A stretch of DNA of 64,000 nucleotides from Candidatus Kapaibacterium sp. (GTDB taxonomy: Bacteria > Bacteroidota > Ignavibacteria > Palsa-1295). The stretch lies in contig JBKJTT010000018.1 in NCBI GenBank assembly GCA_046590205.1, positions 1,328 through 65,327 of the forward strand. The letters are read 5' to 3'. The first letter of the stretch is position 1; the number at the start of each line of letters is the position of its first letter. The notes under the pieces are model-generated. The model was not told the origin of the DNA. It searched no databases and was given only the letters and a program-made list of their open reading frames with translations. Positions 9,669-19,981 of this stretch are shown here, one piece after another. A program made the translations under genes and the position numbers.

Positions 9669-10661
9669 ATGAATATTGACACGTACACGAAAGCACATTC
9701 TACGATTGCACTCTTCGATGCTTCGGCGTCGTATGGGCGAGTGGAAGCACTCGGACCCGATGCGCTCGACCTCTTGCACCGCATGAGCACGAACGACCTG
9801 TTGCCGCTTATTGGCAAGACAGGTGTTGGCTCGCAGACAGTGCTGACGAATGAGAAAGGGCGCATCATAGATTATCTTATCGTGCTTTCACGGGGGAGTT
9901 CTGCTCTCCTCATCACAAGCGGTGGGCATGAAGAACAAGTTATTTCATGGCTTAATAAATTTGTTATCATGGAAGACGCACGCTTCGTTAAGAAGACGGA
10001 GGAGATCGCTCATTTTCTCGTCTTCGGTCCGCAAGCACTCTCTGTACTTCAACGGATAACGGAAAAAGACCTTATCTCACTTGAAAACTTTCATTCGATT
10101 GAATTAGAGCTTGCAGGCGCACAAGTAACGCTCCAGAAAACACAGCGCATCATCGAGAGTGGATTTGCTATATTCACAGGCGCGAGTGATAAAGAAAAAG
10201 TAAAGAGTTTTCTCCTTGCAGAAATTGAAGCCATCGGCGGAGCAGAGATCGATAGTGATGGGTTTGAAGTGCTTCGCATTGAAGCTGGCGTACCTATCGC
10301 GCCGAACGAACTCAACGAGAAACATAATCCGCTTGAGACTACTCTCGTTCAAGCAATAAGTTGGACAAAGGGCTGTTATATCGGACAGGAAGTTATCGCT
10401 CGACTTGATACATACGATAAAGTGCAGCGTCACTTGATGGGCGTAGTGCTCTCGAACGGTGATGTACTTTCTGCTAACACACATGTATCTGTTGCTGATG
10501 GTACGGAGGTTGGGTCTGTCTCAAGCGCGGCATACTCTCCTTCGCTTGGGAAATCTATAGGATTAGCGTTTATCAAAACAGCGTACGCAAATCCCAATGC
10601 TTCTGTAAAAATAGGGGATGCAGAGGCAACACTTGTAAAGCTTCCATTTGAAATTGAATAA
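9669..10661 (+). CDS. ygfZ: YgfZ/GcvT-family folate-binding protein
   Basis: 330-aa ORF with the YgfZ signature KGCYIGQEVIARL. Confidence 0.75.
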   Translation: MNIDTYTKAHSTIALFDASASYGRVEALGPDALDLLHRMSTNDLLPLIGKTGVGSQTVLTNEKGRIIDYLIVLSRGSSALLITSGGHEEQVISWLNKFVIMEDARFVKKTEEIAHFLVFGPQALSVLQRITEKDLISLENFHSIELELAGAQVTLQKTQRIIESGFAIFTGASDKEKVKSFLLAEIEAIGGAEIDSDGFEVLRIEAGVPIAPNELNEKHNPLETTLVQAISWTKGCYIGQEVIARLDTYDKVQRHLMGVVLSNGDVLSANTHVSVADGTEVGSVSSAAYSPSLGKSIGLAFIKTAYANPNASVKIGDAEATLVKLPFEIE

Positions 10662-10662
10662 C

Positions 10663-11817
10663 ATGGATATCATCGAATTACCTATTTTATCGAAACCGGA
10701 GCTTTCTTCAGCAACTGTTGAAGAATTCCTCACGAGCGAAACAACATCGCAGGAAGTTGTTGCGCGGATTCATGCGCTCAAAGCAAAACTTTTTGATAAG
10801 GTCGTTGTCTTAGGTCATCACTATCAGCGCGACGACATCATTCAGTTCGCTGATAAGACAGGTGATTCCTTCGAGCTTGCGCGCTATGCCGCAAATCTAT
10901 CCGACCGCGAGTTCATTATCTTCTGCGGTGTACACTTCATGGCTGAAACTGCTGATGTACTTTCGGGTGAAAATCAAAAAGTTATTCTCCCTGACCTGAA
11001 AGCAGGGTGCTCTATGAGCGATATGGCGCGCATAGACCAAGTGCTTGATAGCTGGGATGCGCTTGGTGAAATAGCGGACACAAAAAAGATCTGCCCCATT
11101 ACCTACATGAACTCAAGCGCTGCGATAAAAGCATTCTGCGGTGAGAATGGCGGCGCAGTCTCGACAAGCTCGAATAACAAATCCGTCTTTGAATGGGGAT
11201 TTGAGCAAGGTTTTGAAAAGATACTCTTCTTCCCTGACCAACACTTAGGTCGCAACACAGCATTCTTTCAGATGGGGATACCCCTCGATGAGATCGTCCT
11301 CTTCGACCAGACAAAAGGTGGAACAGGTGGCTTGACAAAAGAGCAAATTGCAAAAGCAAAAATAATTTTATGGCGCGGGCATTGCTCTGTGCATCAGCAC
11401 TTTCAGCCATCGCATCCTGATATCATGCGTGCGCTTTACCCCGGCATTAAAGTTATCGTACATCCTGAATGTATGTTCGAGGTTGTAGAGAAGGCAGACC
11501 TTGTCGGTTCAACTGCATACATTTGCAAAACAGTTGATGCAGCAGAACCCGGCACGTCATGGGCTATCGGCACCGAGCATCATCTTGTCAACCGCCTCAA
11601 GAAAACAAATCCGGATAAGTTCGTCACAACACTTGCACCATACGCCTGCGAATGCGCAACGATGTATCGCATCTCACCCGAAGCACTACTCGGTATCCTC
11701 GAAGATATTGATAAAGGCATAGTCCGCAATCAGATCACCGTCGGCGAAGATGATACAAAGTGGGCAAGAGTTGCTTTGCAGAGGATGTTGGATATTACAA
11801 AAGCGAAAGAACAATAA
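10663..11817 (+). CDS. nadA: Quinolinate synthase
   Basis: Contains HHYQRDDIIQFADKTGDSFELAR, GVHFMAETA, KAGCSMSDMA and VHPEC motifs. I place the start at ATG 10663, just after the ygfZ stop; the track's TTG at 10648 overlaps ygfZ. Confidence 0.85.
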   Translation: MDIIELPILSKPELSSATVEEFLTSETTSQEVVARIHALKAKLFDKVVVLGHHYQRDDIIQFADKTGDSFELARYAANLSDREFIIFCGVHFMAETADVLSGENQKVILPDLKAGCSMSDMARIDQVLDSWDALGEIADTKKICPITYMNSSAAIKAFCGENGGAVSTSSNNKSVFEWGFEQGFEKILFFPDQHLGRNTAFFQMGIPLDEIVLFDQTKGGTGGLTKEQIAKAKIILWRGHCSVHQHFQPSHPDIMRALYPGIKVIVHPECMFEVVEKADLVGSTAYICKTVDAAEPGTSWAIGTEHHLVNRLKKTNPDKFVTTLAPYACECATMYRISPEALLGILEDIDKGIVRNQITVGEDDTKWARVALQRMLDITKAKEQ

Positions 11818-11865
11818 CTGTCTTACTACTATTATTACCTCTTTATAGTGGTAATACCTTTCTCA

Positions 11866-13311
11866 TTACCCTATCCAATGCACCTTTACGATGTTAGTGC
11901 TTGAGACTTGGAAGATGGGGTGACCGGCTGTTAAGACGCAGAAGCCGTAGGCTGGCATTAAGCCCTTTACTAAGATGTCGGCTATCATTACTTCGAGCGT
12001 TTCGTCGAAGTTTTTTATTGTTTCGAGTTTTTGCGGTATCACGCCGCGATAGAATGCCATCCTGCGTAACGACGCATCATCGGTTGACATACCAATAACT
12101 GTCTGCGAGAAGCGGTACTTTGCTACGTAACGTGCGCTTTTACCTGATAGCGTTGCACAAATAATAGTATGTGCTTTTACTTCTTCAGCGAGCAAACATG
12201 CTGCACGTGCAACGGAATCGGTTGCATTGTCTTCAATATCTATCGGCGGATCGAAATCAAATTCTTCTTGAATATATCCGCTCTTCTCTGCCTGCACCGC
12301 GATCTCACGCATCGTCTTGACCGCTTCTACAGGAAACTTACCCATGCTCGTCTCGCCAGAGAGCATGATGCAATCCGAGCCGTCGAAGACAGCATTCGCT
12401 ACATCGCTCGCTTCAGCGCGCGTCGGGCGCGGATGAGTTATCATTGACTCAAGCATTTGCGTTGCAGTGATAACGGGTATACCACGTTTATTCGATAGAT
12501 CAATGATCCGCTTTTGTACAGGTGGTACTTGCTCAAGCGGCATCTCAACTCCGAGATCACCACGAGCGACCATTATCATATCAACGACATCAAGTATCGT
12601 CTCGATGTGCTCAACCGCCTCGGGCTTTTCTATCTTTGCGATGATTGGAATATCATCATTGCCAAATTCAACCTTCAAGAAATGTTTGAGCTGCAAAATA
12701 TCCCCTGCACGACGAACGAATGAGAGCGCAAGCGCATCGACCTTTATTACATCCATTGCAAACTTCACAAGCTCTTTGTCGTGCTCGGTCAGTGCAGGAA
12801 TGCGAAGCTTTGTGCGTGGGAAGTTTATACCCTTATGACTTTTTAAAATGCCGCCGTTCTTGACTCTGGTACGAATCTCCGTTCGTGAGATGATCTCATC
12901 TACATAGAGTATGATAGAGCCATCATCAAGAAGGATGGGGTCATCAACACTAACGTCTTCTCCGAGAAATGGGTAGCTCGTAGCGATCAGCTCTGCTGTC
13001 GTCTTTCCTTCGGGGTCGTAGGTCAGGACTGGCTTCATGTCAATGGTAATCTCTACCCCAGCAGGGTCTTCAGTTTCTCCGGTTCTCATCTTCGGACCAG
13101 GCAGGTCGCCCATGATTGCAATGTGCTCACCAAGACGTGCGCTGACAGCACGTATATTCTTGGCTAAGTTAATGTGCTCTTCCTGGCTTCCGTGGGAGAA
13201 GTTGAGACGGGCGATGTTCATCCCCGCAAGTATAAGCGATTCAATGATTTCCTCGGTTGCCGTTGCCGGTCCGAGCGTTGCGATGATCTTTGTTTTTGGT
13301 CTTTCGTGCAT
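11866..13311 (-). CDS. pyk: Pyruvate kinase
   Basis: 481-aa ORF with KTKIIATLGPA, ARLNFSHG, MVARGDLGVE and ATQMLESM motifs. Confidence 0.9.
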   Translation of the reverse strand: MHERPKTKIIATLGPATATEEIIESLILAGMNIARLNFSHGSQEEHINLAKNIRAVSARLGEHIAIMGDLPGPKMRTGETEDPAGVEITIDMKPVLTYDPEGKTTAELIATSYPFLGEDVSVDDPILLDDGSIILYVDEIISRTEIRTRVKNGGILKSHKGINFPRTKLRIPALTEHDKELVKFAMDVIKVDALALSFVRRAGDILQLKHFLKVEFGNDDIPIIAKIEKPEAVEHIETILDVVDMIMVARGDLGVEMPLEQVPPVQKRIIDLSNKRGIPVITATQMLESMITHPRPTRAEASDVANAVFDGSDCIMLSGETSMGKFPVEAVKTMREIAVQAEKSGYIQEEFDFDPPIDIEDNATDSVARAACLLAEEVKAHTIICATLSGKSARYVAKYRFSQTVIGMSTDDASLRRMAFYRGVIPQKLETIKNFDETLEVMIADILVKGLMPAYGFCVLTAGHPIFQVSSTNIVKVHWIG

Positions 13312-13436
13312 ATATGTGCAAAAATACGGCAGAGAATACTCCCGTAATGATATTGTAACCGATTGTTATTGGAGAAATGAGGAAGAAACGAGGTTTTTTA
13401 CTACGGAGAATTTTTCGTATTTGTTAACGAATCATT

Positions 13437-14549
13437 ATGCCAAGAGATACAAGACCTCATCAGATCACTACAAAAAGGAAGATCCTATTTATCTGTGGAT
13501 CATTGAACCAGACTACGCAAATGCACTCGATTGCGAAAGCACTTCCGGAATACGAGCACTACTTCACGCCTCTCTACACTGACGGTATCATGGAGGTTCT
13601 CCGAAAAAAAGGAATGATAGATTTTACAGTCGCCGGAGGAAAGATGTTCAAGAGCACGATGGACTATCTCCAGAATAATGGTCTTGCAGTAGATTATCGC
13701 GCCGAGCAGCATTCTTACGATCTTGTGGTTCGCTCAACTGACATTATCATCCCGAAGAATACAAAGTACGTAAAAAGTATCTTGGTCCAAGAGGGTATGA
13801 CTGATCCTCGCAACATCAGATACTACCTCATCAAATATCTTCGTGCATTGCCGCGGTGGATGACAAGCACAGCAACTGCCGGCATGAGCAATAATTTTGA
13901 AAAGTTCTGTGTCGCAAGCGAGGGGTACAAAGACCATTTCCTCGAGAATCAAGTAAAGCCCGAAAAGCTTGTTGTAACAGGCATCCCGAACTTCGACGAT
14001 TGTCAGTGTTACTACAACAATAACTTCCCACACAAGGGGTATGTACTCGTCTGCACATCAGATATGCGCGAAACAAAACGCATCGAGAACCGAAAGAAAT
14101 TTATCCTTGATTCCGTTGAAAAAGCAGCGGGTAAACAACTCATTTTTAAGCTTCACCCGAATGAGAACGTTGAGCGCGCTACCAAAGAAATAAATCAATA
14201 TGCGCCCGGTGCCCTTGTCTATAGCGAAGGGAATGCAGGTGAGATGATAGCAAATTGTGATATACTTATCACCCGCTACTCATCTGTCGTCCTTGTTGCA
14301 GCAGCACTGGGCAAGACCATCTATAGTGATCTTGATCCTGATACGCTCAAGCGTCTGACACCGCTCCAAAACGGGAATTCGGCATATCTTATTGCCAACG
14401 TCTGCCGTGAAATGCTTGAAGGTCAACAAATTTTCTCACCACATACACGTGGTATCAAACGTCGCAAGCCCGCCAAGTACTTTGCCCAACTTGCGGAAGC
14501 TATCCGTGCAAAGAAAGCTCTCAAAACACGAAAGAAAGTACTTGCATGA
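13437..14549 (+). CDS. GT-B-like transferase (TagF/KpsS-like FKLHPNE motif); putative transferase for the sugar made by the downstream genes
   Basis: 370-aa ORF and the first gene of the operon; its stop overlaps the next start (ATGA). It has two Rossmann-like halves and a KLHP motif. Family assignment is uncertain. Confidence 0.35.
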   Translation: MPRDTRPHQITTKRKILFICGSLNQTTQMHSIAKALPEYEHYFTPLYTDGIMEVLRKKGMIDFTVAGGKMFKSTMDYLQNNGLAVDYRAEQHSYDLVVRSTDIIIPKNTKYVKSILVQEGMTDPRNIRYYLIKYLRALPRWMTSTATAGMSNNFEKFCVASEGYKDHFLENQVKPEKLVVTGIPNFDDCQCYYNNNFPHKGYVLVCTSDMRETKRIENRKKFILDSVEKAAGKQLIFKLHPNENVERATKEINQYAPGALVYSEGNAGEMIANCDILITRYSSVVLVAAALGKTIYSDLDPDTLKRLTPLQNGNSAYLIANVCREMLEGQQIFSPHTRGIKRRKPAKYFAQLAEAIRAKKALKTRKKVLA

Positions 14550-15343
14550 GAACCGTCATCATTGTTCAGGCACGAACAGGTTCTTCCCGTTTACCGGGCA
14601 AGGTACTCTTGCCGTTAGCCGGTAAGACGCTGCTTGAACGAATGATGGAGCGAATCTTAGCTTCCCATGAAGCGGACGGTGCTGTGATCGCAACTACTAT
14701 TGAACCCGAAGACGACCCTATCGTTGATCTATGCCTTGATAACCGCTTTCATATCTTTCGCGGTCATCCAACTGATCTACTCAACCGTCACTACAAGACT
14801 GCAAAAGAATATGGTGCTGACATTGTAGTAAAGATACCTTCAGATTGTCCACTCATTGACCCTGCCGTTATTGATAAGGTCATTCGTTTTTATAAGGACA
14901 ATACATACGATTATGTAAGTAATCTACATCCTGCTACCTATCCTGATGGAAACGATGTAGAAGTAATGTCGATGAAGGCCCTACGCGAGATGTGGCTCAA
15001 TGCTGCAAAGGATTATGAACGTGAGCATACAACACCATACCTATGGGAGAATCGTGATAGATACAGCATTGGTAATGTGGAGTGGGAAACGGGTAAAAAC
15101 TATTCGATGAGCCACCGATTTACGATAGATTATCGTGTGGATTACGAATTCATTCGCTCGGTCTATGATGAACTTTACTCTCCAAAAAATCCAATTTTTT
15201 CGCTCTATGATATTCTTGCTCTCTTAGAGCAAAGACCGGAGCTTATGAACATCAATAAACATTATGCCGGTGTGAACTGGTACCGTAACCACCTCGGTGA
15301 ACTACGCACTGTTACCCCAGAGGATACATGTCAACTTGTCTAA
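14546..15343 (+). CDS. SpsF-type cytidylyltransferase (CMP-sugar forming family)
   Basis: 265-aa ORF with IIVQARTGSSRLPGKVL, FRGHPTDLLNRHY, SDCPLIDP and EREHTTPYLWEN motifs. Confidence 0.7.
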   Translation: MRTVIIVQARTGSSRLPGKVLLPLAGKTLLERMMERILASHEADGAVIATTIEPEDDPIVDLCLDNRFHIFRGHPTDLLNRHYKTAKEYGADIVVKIPSDCPLIDPAVIDKVIRFYKDNTYDYVSNLHPATYPDGNDVEVMSMKALREMWLNAAKDYEREHTTPYLWENRDRYSIGNVEWETGKNYSMSHRFTIDYRVDYEFIRSVYDELYSPKNPIFSLYDILALLEQRPELMNINKHYAGVNWYRNHLGELRTVTPEDTCQLV

Positions 15344-15344
15344 G

Positions 15345-16202
15345 ATGCAACAACTTTCTACAGCTGAACTTCAAGCACTTTCTCTTCGCGTCCGTGAGCA
15401 TATTATCAATATGTCAACCGATGGCGGATGTTTTATAGGCGCATCCCTTTCGTGTGCTGATCTGCTTGTCTATCTTTATACAAGTGTTCTTAATATCTCG
15501 CCCGAAACGATACACGACATTGACAGAGACTACCTTCTGCTCTCGAAAGGGCATGATGTACCTGCGCTCTACGGTGTGCTTGCAGAACTTGGATTTATTG
15601 AGCGTTCACGTCTTGCAAATCACTTAAAAACAAGTGATAATATCTACTGGCATCCCAATCGCGCCGTCGCAGGTGTGGAGTTTCATTCGGGATCGCTCGG
15701 ACATTTACTTTCTGTTGGAGTAGGCATTGCCATCGATATTAAGATGCGCGGCGGAAGCAATAAAGTGTTTGTCATTTTAGGTGACGGTGAACTCAATGAA
15801 GGTTCTATCTGGGAAGCAATGCTTACAGCGCAAGCAAAAAAGCTTGATAATCTTATCGTGATCATTGACCGCAATCACTTTCAGGCAAACATCCGCACCG
15901 AAGAGTTGATACCACTTGAACCGCTGGAAGATAAATTCAAAGCATTCGGAGCGAGCACAAAAAGAATTGACGGACACAACTTCAATCAAATGCGTGATGC
16001 GTTCACATCACTCCCTTACACTTCTACCGGACCATCAGTGGTGATAGCTGATACCGTACGCGGAAAAGGATTACCAAGCATTGAAGAACGAGCAGACCGG
16101 TGGTTCGTAAACTTCTCACATAACGAAGTAGAAATGCTTCATAAAGAATTGCATGGCGAGGCAATGAGCGAACTTACTTCAGAAACATTAATGGTACGCT
16201 AA
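15345..16202 (+). CDS. Transketolase, N-terminal (TPP-binding) subunit
   Basis: Contains the GDGELNEGSIWEA TPP motif. The start is placed at ATG 15345, 1 nt after the previous stop; the track's 15297 start overlaps the upstream gene. Confidence 0.8.
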   Translation: MQQLSTAELQALSLRVREHIINMSTDGGCFIGASLSCADLLVYLYTSVLNISPETIHDIDRDYLLLSKGHDVPALYGVLAELGFIERSRLANHLKTSDNIYWHPNRAVAGVEFHSGSLGHLLSVGVGIAIDIKMRGGSNKVFVILGDGELNEGSIWEAMLTAQAKKLDNLIVIIDRNHFQANIRTEELIPLEPLEDKFKAFGASTKRIDGHNFNQMRDAFTSLPYTSTGPSVVIADTVRGKGLPSIEERADRWFVNFSHNEVEMLHKELHGEAMSELTSETLMVR

Positions 16203-16205
16203 GGC

Positions 16206-17168
16206 ATGACCTACGAAGAAAAACTTTTAGAACTTGCAACTGACGATGAACGCATCGTCGTAATGACAGCGGAGAACCGCGCAGCAATTCGCAATCTACC
16301 GCAGAAACTCGGCAACCGTTTCATTGATGTTGGTGTTGCCGAAATGACAATGACCGGCGCAGCCGCAGGGCTTGCGCTTCGCGGCAGACGACCAATCATT
16401 CATGCGCTCGCAACATTCCTTACACTTCGCGCTTATGAATTTATTCGCGATGATGTTGGGATTCCACAGTTACCTGTCGTCATCGTCGGCGGTGTGCCCG
16501 GCTTTCTTTCTGAAGCAAACGGCGCAACTCATCAGGCGATAGAAGACATTGCTCTTATGCGCGGCATACCGGGTATGGGAGTATTCTGCCCTGCAGATAA
16601 TGACGAACTTGTGGCTGGACTTCCGCATATCTTTGCATCAGGCAAACCATTTTATATACGCTACAATGCTTCTTCGTCAGTTCGCCAACGAACAATTAAT
16701 TTTGAACTTGGCAAAGGGGAAACATATCACTCTCAATTGGTAGATTCTGCAACTGTTGACGTAACGATCCTAACATACGGTTTCTTATTGCGCGAAGCAC
16801 TTCGTGCGCAGGATATTCTTGAGGAACAAGGTGTAAGTGTTGCCGTCTTAAACCTTCGGACGCTTTCACCGATCGATGAGGAAGCCATTATTCATGCCTC
16901 ACGGAATTCCTCGCTTCTTATCTCACTCGAAGATCATTTCAAGATCGGCGGATTGTACTCGATCCTTGGTGAGATAGCGCTCAAGAACAGAATACTAATG
17001 AACGTCCTACCTTTTGCACTTGATGGGCGGTGGTTCAAACCTGCGCTGCTCAACGATGTGCTTGAGTATGAAGGATTCACTGCCAAACAAATATCCGAGC
17101 GTATCCGCCACGAGTTATACGTACTTGAGAACGAAAAATTTTCCAACGAACCTGTATCAATCTATTAA
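16206..17168 (+). CDS. Transketolase, C-terminal (pyrimidine-binding) subunit
   Basis: 320-aa ORF with FIDVGVAEMTMTGAAAGLA. Its size is typical of a split transketolase. Confidence 0.8.
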   Translation: MTYEEKLLELATDDERIVVMTAENRAAIRNLPQKLGNRFIDVGVAEMTMTGAAAGLALRGRRPIIHALATFLTLRAYEFIRDDVGIPQLPVVIVGGVPGFLSEANGATHQAIEDIALMRGIPGMGVFCPADNDELVAGLPHIFASGKPFYIRYNASSSVRQRTINFELGKGETYHSQLVDSATVDVTILTYGFLLREALRAQDILEEQGVSVAVLNLRTLSPIDEEAIIHASRNSSLLISLEDHFKIGGLYSILGEIALKNRILMNVLPFALDGRWFKPALLNDVLEYEGFTAKQISERIRHELYVLENEKFSNEPVSIY

Positions 17169-17169
17169 T

Positions 17170-18504
17170 ATGGCAAATACTATTTCTTTGACGCAAGACT
17201 ACCCCCTCATCACTCGCTCGCTCGAACTTTACGATAGAGCAACGGGACTAATCCCTGCATACACACAAACACTTGCAAAGGGACCTCGCCAATATGTTGG
17301 CGGCTCCCCGATCTATGTTGAACGTGGCAAGGGTTCGCATGTATGGGATGTCGATGGTAACGAATTCATTGACTACCAAATGGCTATCGGTCCTGTTTCG
17401 CTCGGCTACGCATACGACGCCGTCGATGAAGCGATAAAAGAGCAGCTTGCAAAGGGAATTACATTTTCAATGATGAGTCCGCTTGAAGTTGAAGTAGCAG
17501 AGCTTATCCGCGATGTTGTGCCAAATGCAGAGAGTGTTCGTTTTTCAAAAACAGGATGTGATGTAACGACAGCAGCCGTTCGACTTGCACGTGCATTTAC
17601 CGGAAGAGAGAAAGTACTGTGCTGCGGCTATCACGGCTGGCATGATTGGTATATCGGAGTTACCGATCGCAACAAAGGCATTCCACAATCTACACAAGAC
17701 CTCTCGTTCACGTTCAATTACAACGACATTGATTCTGTGCTCGCATCAATTGATGAAAATACAGCTTGCGTCATTCTTGAGCCAATGGTTTTTGAAGAAC
17801 CGAAGAACAACTTCTTGCAAGAGCTTAAGGATGTTTGCACAAAGTATGGTGTGCTGCTTATCTTCGACGAAATGTGGACCGGCTTCCGTTTGGCAACCGG
17901 CGGTGCGCAGCAGTACTTCGGAGTGAAGGCAGACTTGGCATGTTACTCAAAGGCGATAGCCAACGGTATGCCAATATCTGTTCTCGCAGGTCGTAAGGAT
18001 GTAATGGGCTTATGTGAGAAAGATATTTTCTTTTTCACAACATTCGGCGGTGAAGCGCTCTCACTTGCTTCTACTAAGGCAGTAATCTATGAACTTCGCA
18101 CAAAGAACGTCCCTGAACAACTTGCATCACAAGGGAAAAAGCTCCGTGATGGATACAATGAGATCGCGCGTGAACTTGAGATAGATAGTTTTACAAAATG
18201 TTTTGGCGCAGATTGCCGCTCGATCATCACATTCGATGCATCGAAGGGCAGCCCGCTTGAAATGAAATCGCTTATTCAGCAAGAAATGATAAAGCGTGGT
18301 GTGCTATGGGGCGGATTTCATAACATGAGCTTCTCGCATACTGATGAAGACGTTGCTCATACACTTGCTGCATATCGCCAGTCACTTGCAATACTCAAAG
18401 AGGCAGTTGAAGCAGGCGATGTTCGCTCATACTTGCGCGGTGAACCCGTAGAGCCGGTCTTCCGACGCACGAGCAACTTCAACATGAAGCCAGCAAAGCA
18501 ATAG
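17170..18504 (+). CDS. Class III PLP aminotransferase (glutamate-1-semialdehyde aminomutase-like)
   Basis: Contains FDEMWTGFR and YSKAIANG (PLP lysine). The start is placed at ATG 17170 (MANTISL...), since the track's N-terminal 52 aa overlap the previous gene. Confidence 0.8.
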   Translation: MANTISLTQDYPLITRSLELYDRATGLIPAYTQTLAKGPRQYVGGSPIYVERGKGSHVWDVDGNEFIDYQMAIGPVSLGYAYDAVDEAIKEQLAKGITFSMMSPLEVEVAELIRDVVPNAESVRFSKTGCDVTTAAVRLARAFTGREKVLCCGYHGWHDWYIGVTDRNKGIPQSTQDLSFTFNYNDIDSVLASIDENTACVILEPMVFEEPKNNFLQELKDVCTKYGVLLIFDEMWTGFRLATGGAQQYFGVKADLACYSKAIANGMPISVLAGRKDVMGLCEKDIFFFTTFGGEALSLASTKAVIYELRTKNVPEQLASQGKKLRDGYNEIARELEIDSFTKCFGADCRSIITFDASKGSPLEMKSLIQQEMIKRGVLWGGFHNMSFSHTDEDVAHTLAAYRQSLAILKEAVEAGDVRSYLRGEPVEPVFRRTSNFNMKPAKQ

Positions 18505-18510
18505 TCAATA

Positions 18511-19311
18511 ATGGAAATATTTTCATTAAAAAGCAAAGTAGCAGTTGTAACCGGAGCACTTGGTTTGCTTGGCAAGCAGCATTGCCATGCACTTGCCGAG
18601 GCAGGCGCATCTGTTGTTGTTACTGATATAGATGAACAAAAGTGTAGTGAGTTTGCAGCGACACTTCCTGATGCAATAGGAGTTGGCACTGATATAACCT
18701 CTTATGATTCACTTGTACATCTTCGTGATGTGATCCTCTCGAAATACGGACGCATTGATGTGCTCATCAATAATGCCGCTATCAATGACATGTTCGAAAA
18801 TCCCGAGCAGGCAGGTGAGCTTTCTAAGTTTGAGAACTACCCGCTTGCAGCATGGAAGAAGTCGCTTGATGTAAACATCACCGGTACATTTCTTACTTCT
18901 CAAGTACTTGGTACGGTCATGGCAGGTGCTGGCACAGGAAGCATTATTAACATCGCAAGTACTTATGGCATCGTCGGTCCCGATCAATCTCTCTACCAAA
19001 AGCCCGACGGCTCACAGGATTTTTATAAGTCACCTACATACCCTGCAACAAAGGGAGCCGTCATAAACTTTACTCGTTACCTTGCCGCGTATTGGGGTCA
19101 TCGCGGAGTGCGGGTCAATGCCCTTTCTCCGGGCGGAGTAGAGAATAATCAGGATAGTTGGTTCACTGAAAATTATTCTCGTCGCACACCATTGAAACGA
19201 ATGGCAACGCCAAGTGATTATAAAGGTGCTATCGTCTTTCTCGCATCCGACGGCTCGGCATACATGACAGGCGCAAATCTTGTTGTTGACGGCGGTTGGA
19301 CGGCGATCTAA
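18511..19311 (+). CDS. Short-chain dehydrogenase/reductase
   Basis: 266-aa ORF with VTGALGLLG (TGxxxGxG), NNAA and YPATK (YxxxK). Confidence 0.85.
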   Translation: MEIFSLKSKVAVVTGALGLLGKQHCHALAEAGASVVVTDIDEQKCSEFAATLPDAIGVGTDITSYDSLVHLRDVILSKYGRIDVLINNAAINDMFENPEQAGELSKFENYPLAAWKKSLDVNITGTFLTSQVLGTVMAGAGTGSIINIASTYGIVGPDQSLYQKPDGSQDFYKSPTYPATKGAVINFTRYLAAYWGHRGVRVNALSPGGVENNQDSWFTENYSRRTPLKRMATPSDYKGAIVFLASDGSAYMTGANLVVDGGWTAI

Positions 19312-19348
19312 AAAGACGGGTGCTGACTTCTCAAAAACTACTCTACTC

Positions 19349-19873
19349 TTGCAAAAGCTAACTATTACTGAAATTCGCAAACGGGCAAATAACATCAAGC
19401 TCGTACTCACTGATGTTGACGGCGTTCTCACCGATACCGGTGTCTATTATTCCGAAAAAGGTGAGATCATGAAACGCTTCTCGATTCGCGACGGCATGGG
19501 GGTTGAGATACTACGCGATAACGGAATCGAGACAGCGATCATCACACGCGAGAAATCACCTTCGGTAAAAAAGCGTGGCGAAAAACTTCAAATGCCTTGG
19601 ATATTTCTCGGTGTATGGAATAAAGTTGAATACATCCCGACCATCCTCAAAAAAACTGGTCTTCGCATTGATGAACTTGCCTATATCGGCGATGATGTGA
19701 ATGACCTTGAGATCATTCAAGAGATCGCCAAACACGGACTCTGTGGCACACCAGGAGACGGTATGCCCGTCATCAAAAAAGAAGTACATTACACTGCAAA
19801 GGCTAATGCCGGATATGGCGCATTCCGAGACTTTGCTGAATGGATACTCGATTCACGCACAAAGAGGGTCTAA
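19349..19873 (+). CDS. KdsC-type HAD-IIIA phosphatase (ulosonate-phosphate phosphatase family)
   Basis: Contains LTDVDGVLTD (motif I) and GDDVNDL (motif III). The start is uncertain: TTG 19349 is chosen because the track's 19280 start overlaps the SDR gene. Confidence 0.7.
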   Translation: MQKLTITEIRKRANNIKLVLTDVDGVLTDTGVYYSEKGEIMKRFSIRDGMGVEILRDNGIETAIITREKSPSVKKRGEKLQMPWIFLGVWNKVEYIPTILKKTGLRIDELAYIGDDVNDLEIIQEIAKHGLCGTPGDGMPVIKKEVHYTAKANAGYGAFRDFAEWILDSRTKRV

Positions 19874-19981
19874 GATAATCGAATTGTTACCCCGCAACAC
19901 TCCCGTCACAATTACTTCGCATATCCTTATTCTTTCGCTAATGACGGAATAATCTGTAATTGATAATTTTGCACCTCATCA

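Noticed and set aside
12169-13582. Plus-strand ORFs antisense to pyruvate kinase (12169-12447, 12467-12838, 13037-13582)
   Set aside because: They lie entirely within, or run out of, the strongly motif-supported pyk gene on the other strand, and they have no motifs of their own.
17014-17169. N-terminal 52-aa extension of the aminotransferase ORF, and similar extensions at 15297, 19280, 10648, 22271, 40779, 40098, 52031, 54157 and 46056
   Set aside because: The extensions overlap the preceding genes or lack signal-peptide logic. Internal ATG or TTG starts just after the upstream stop give canonical N-termini.
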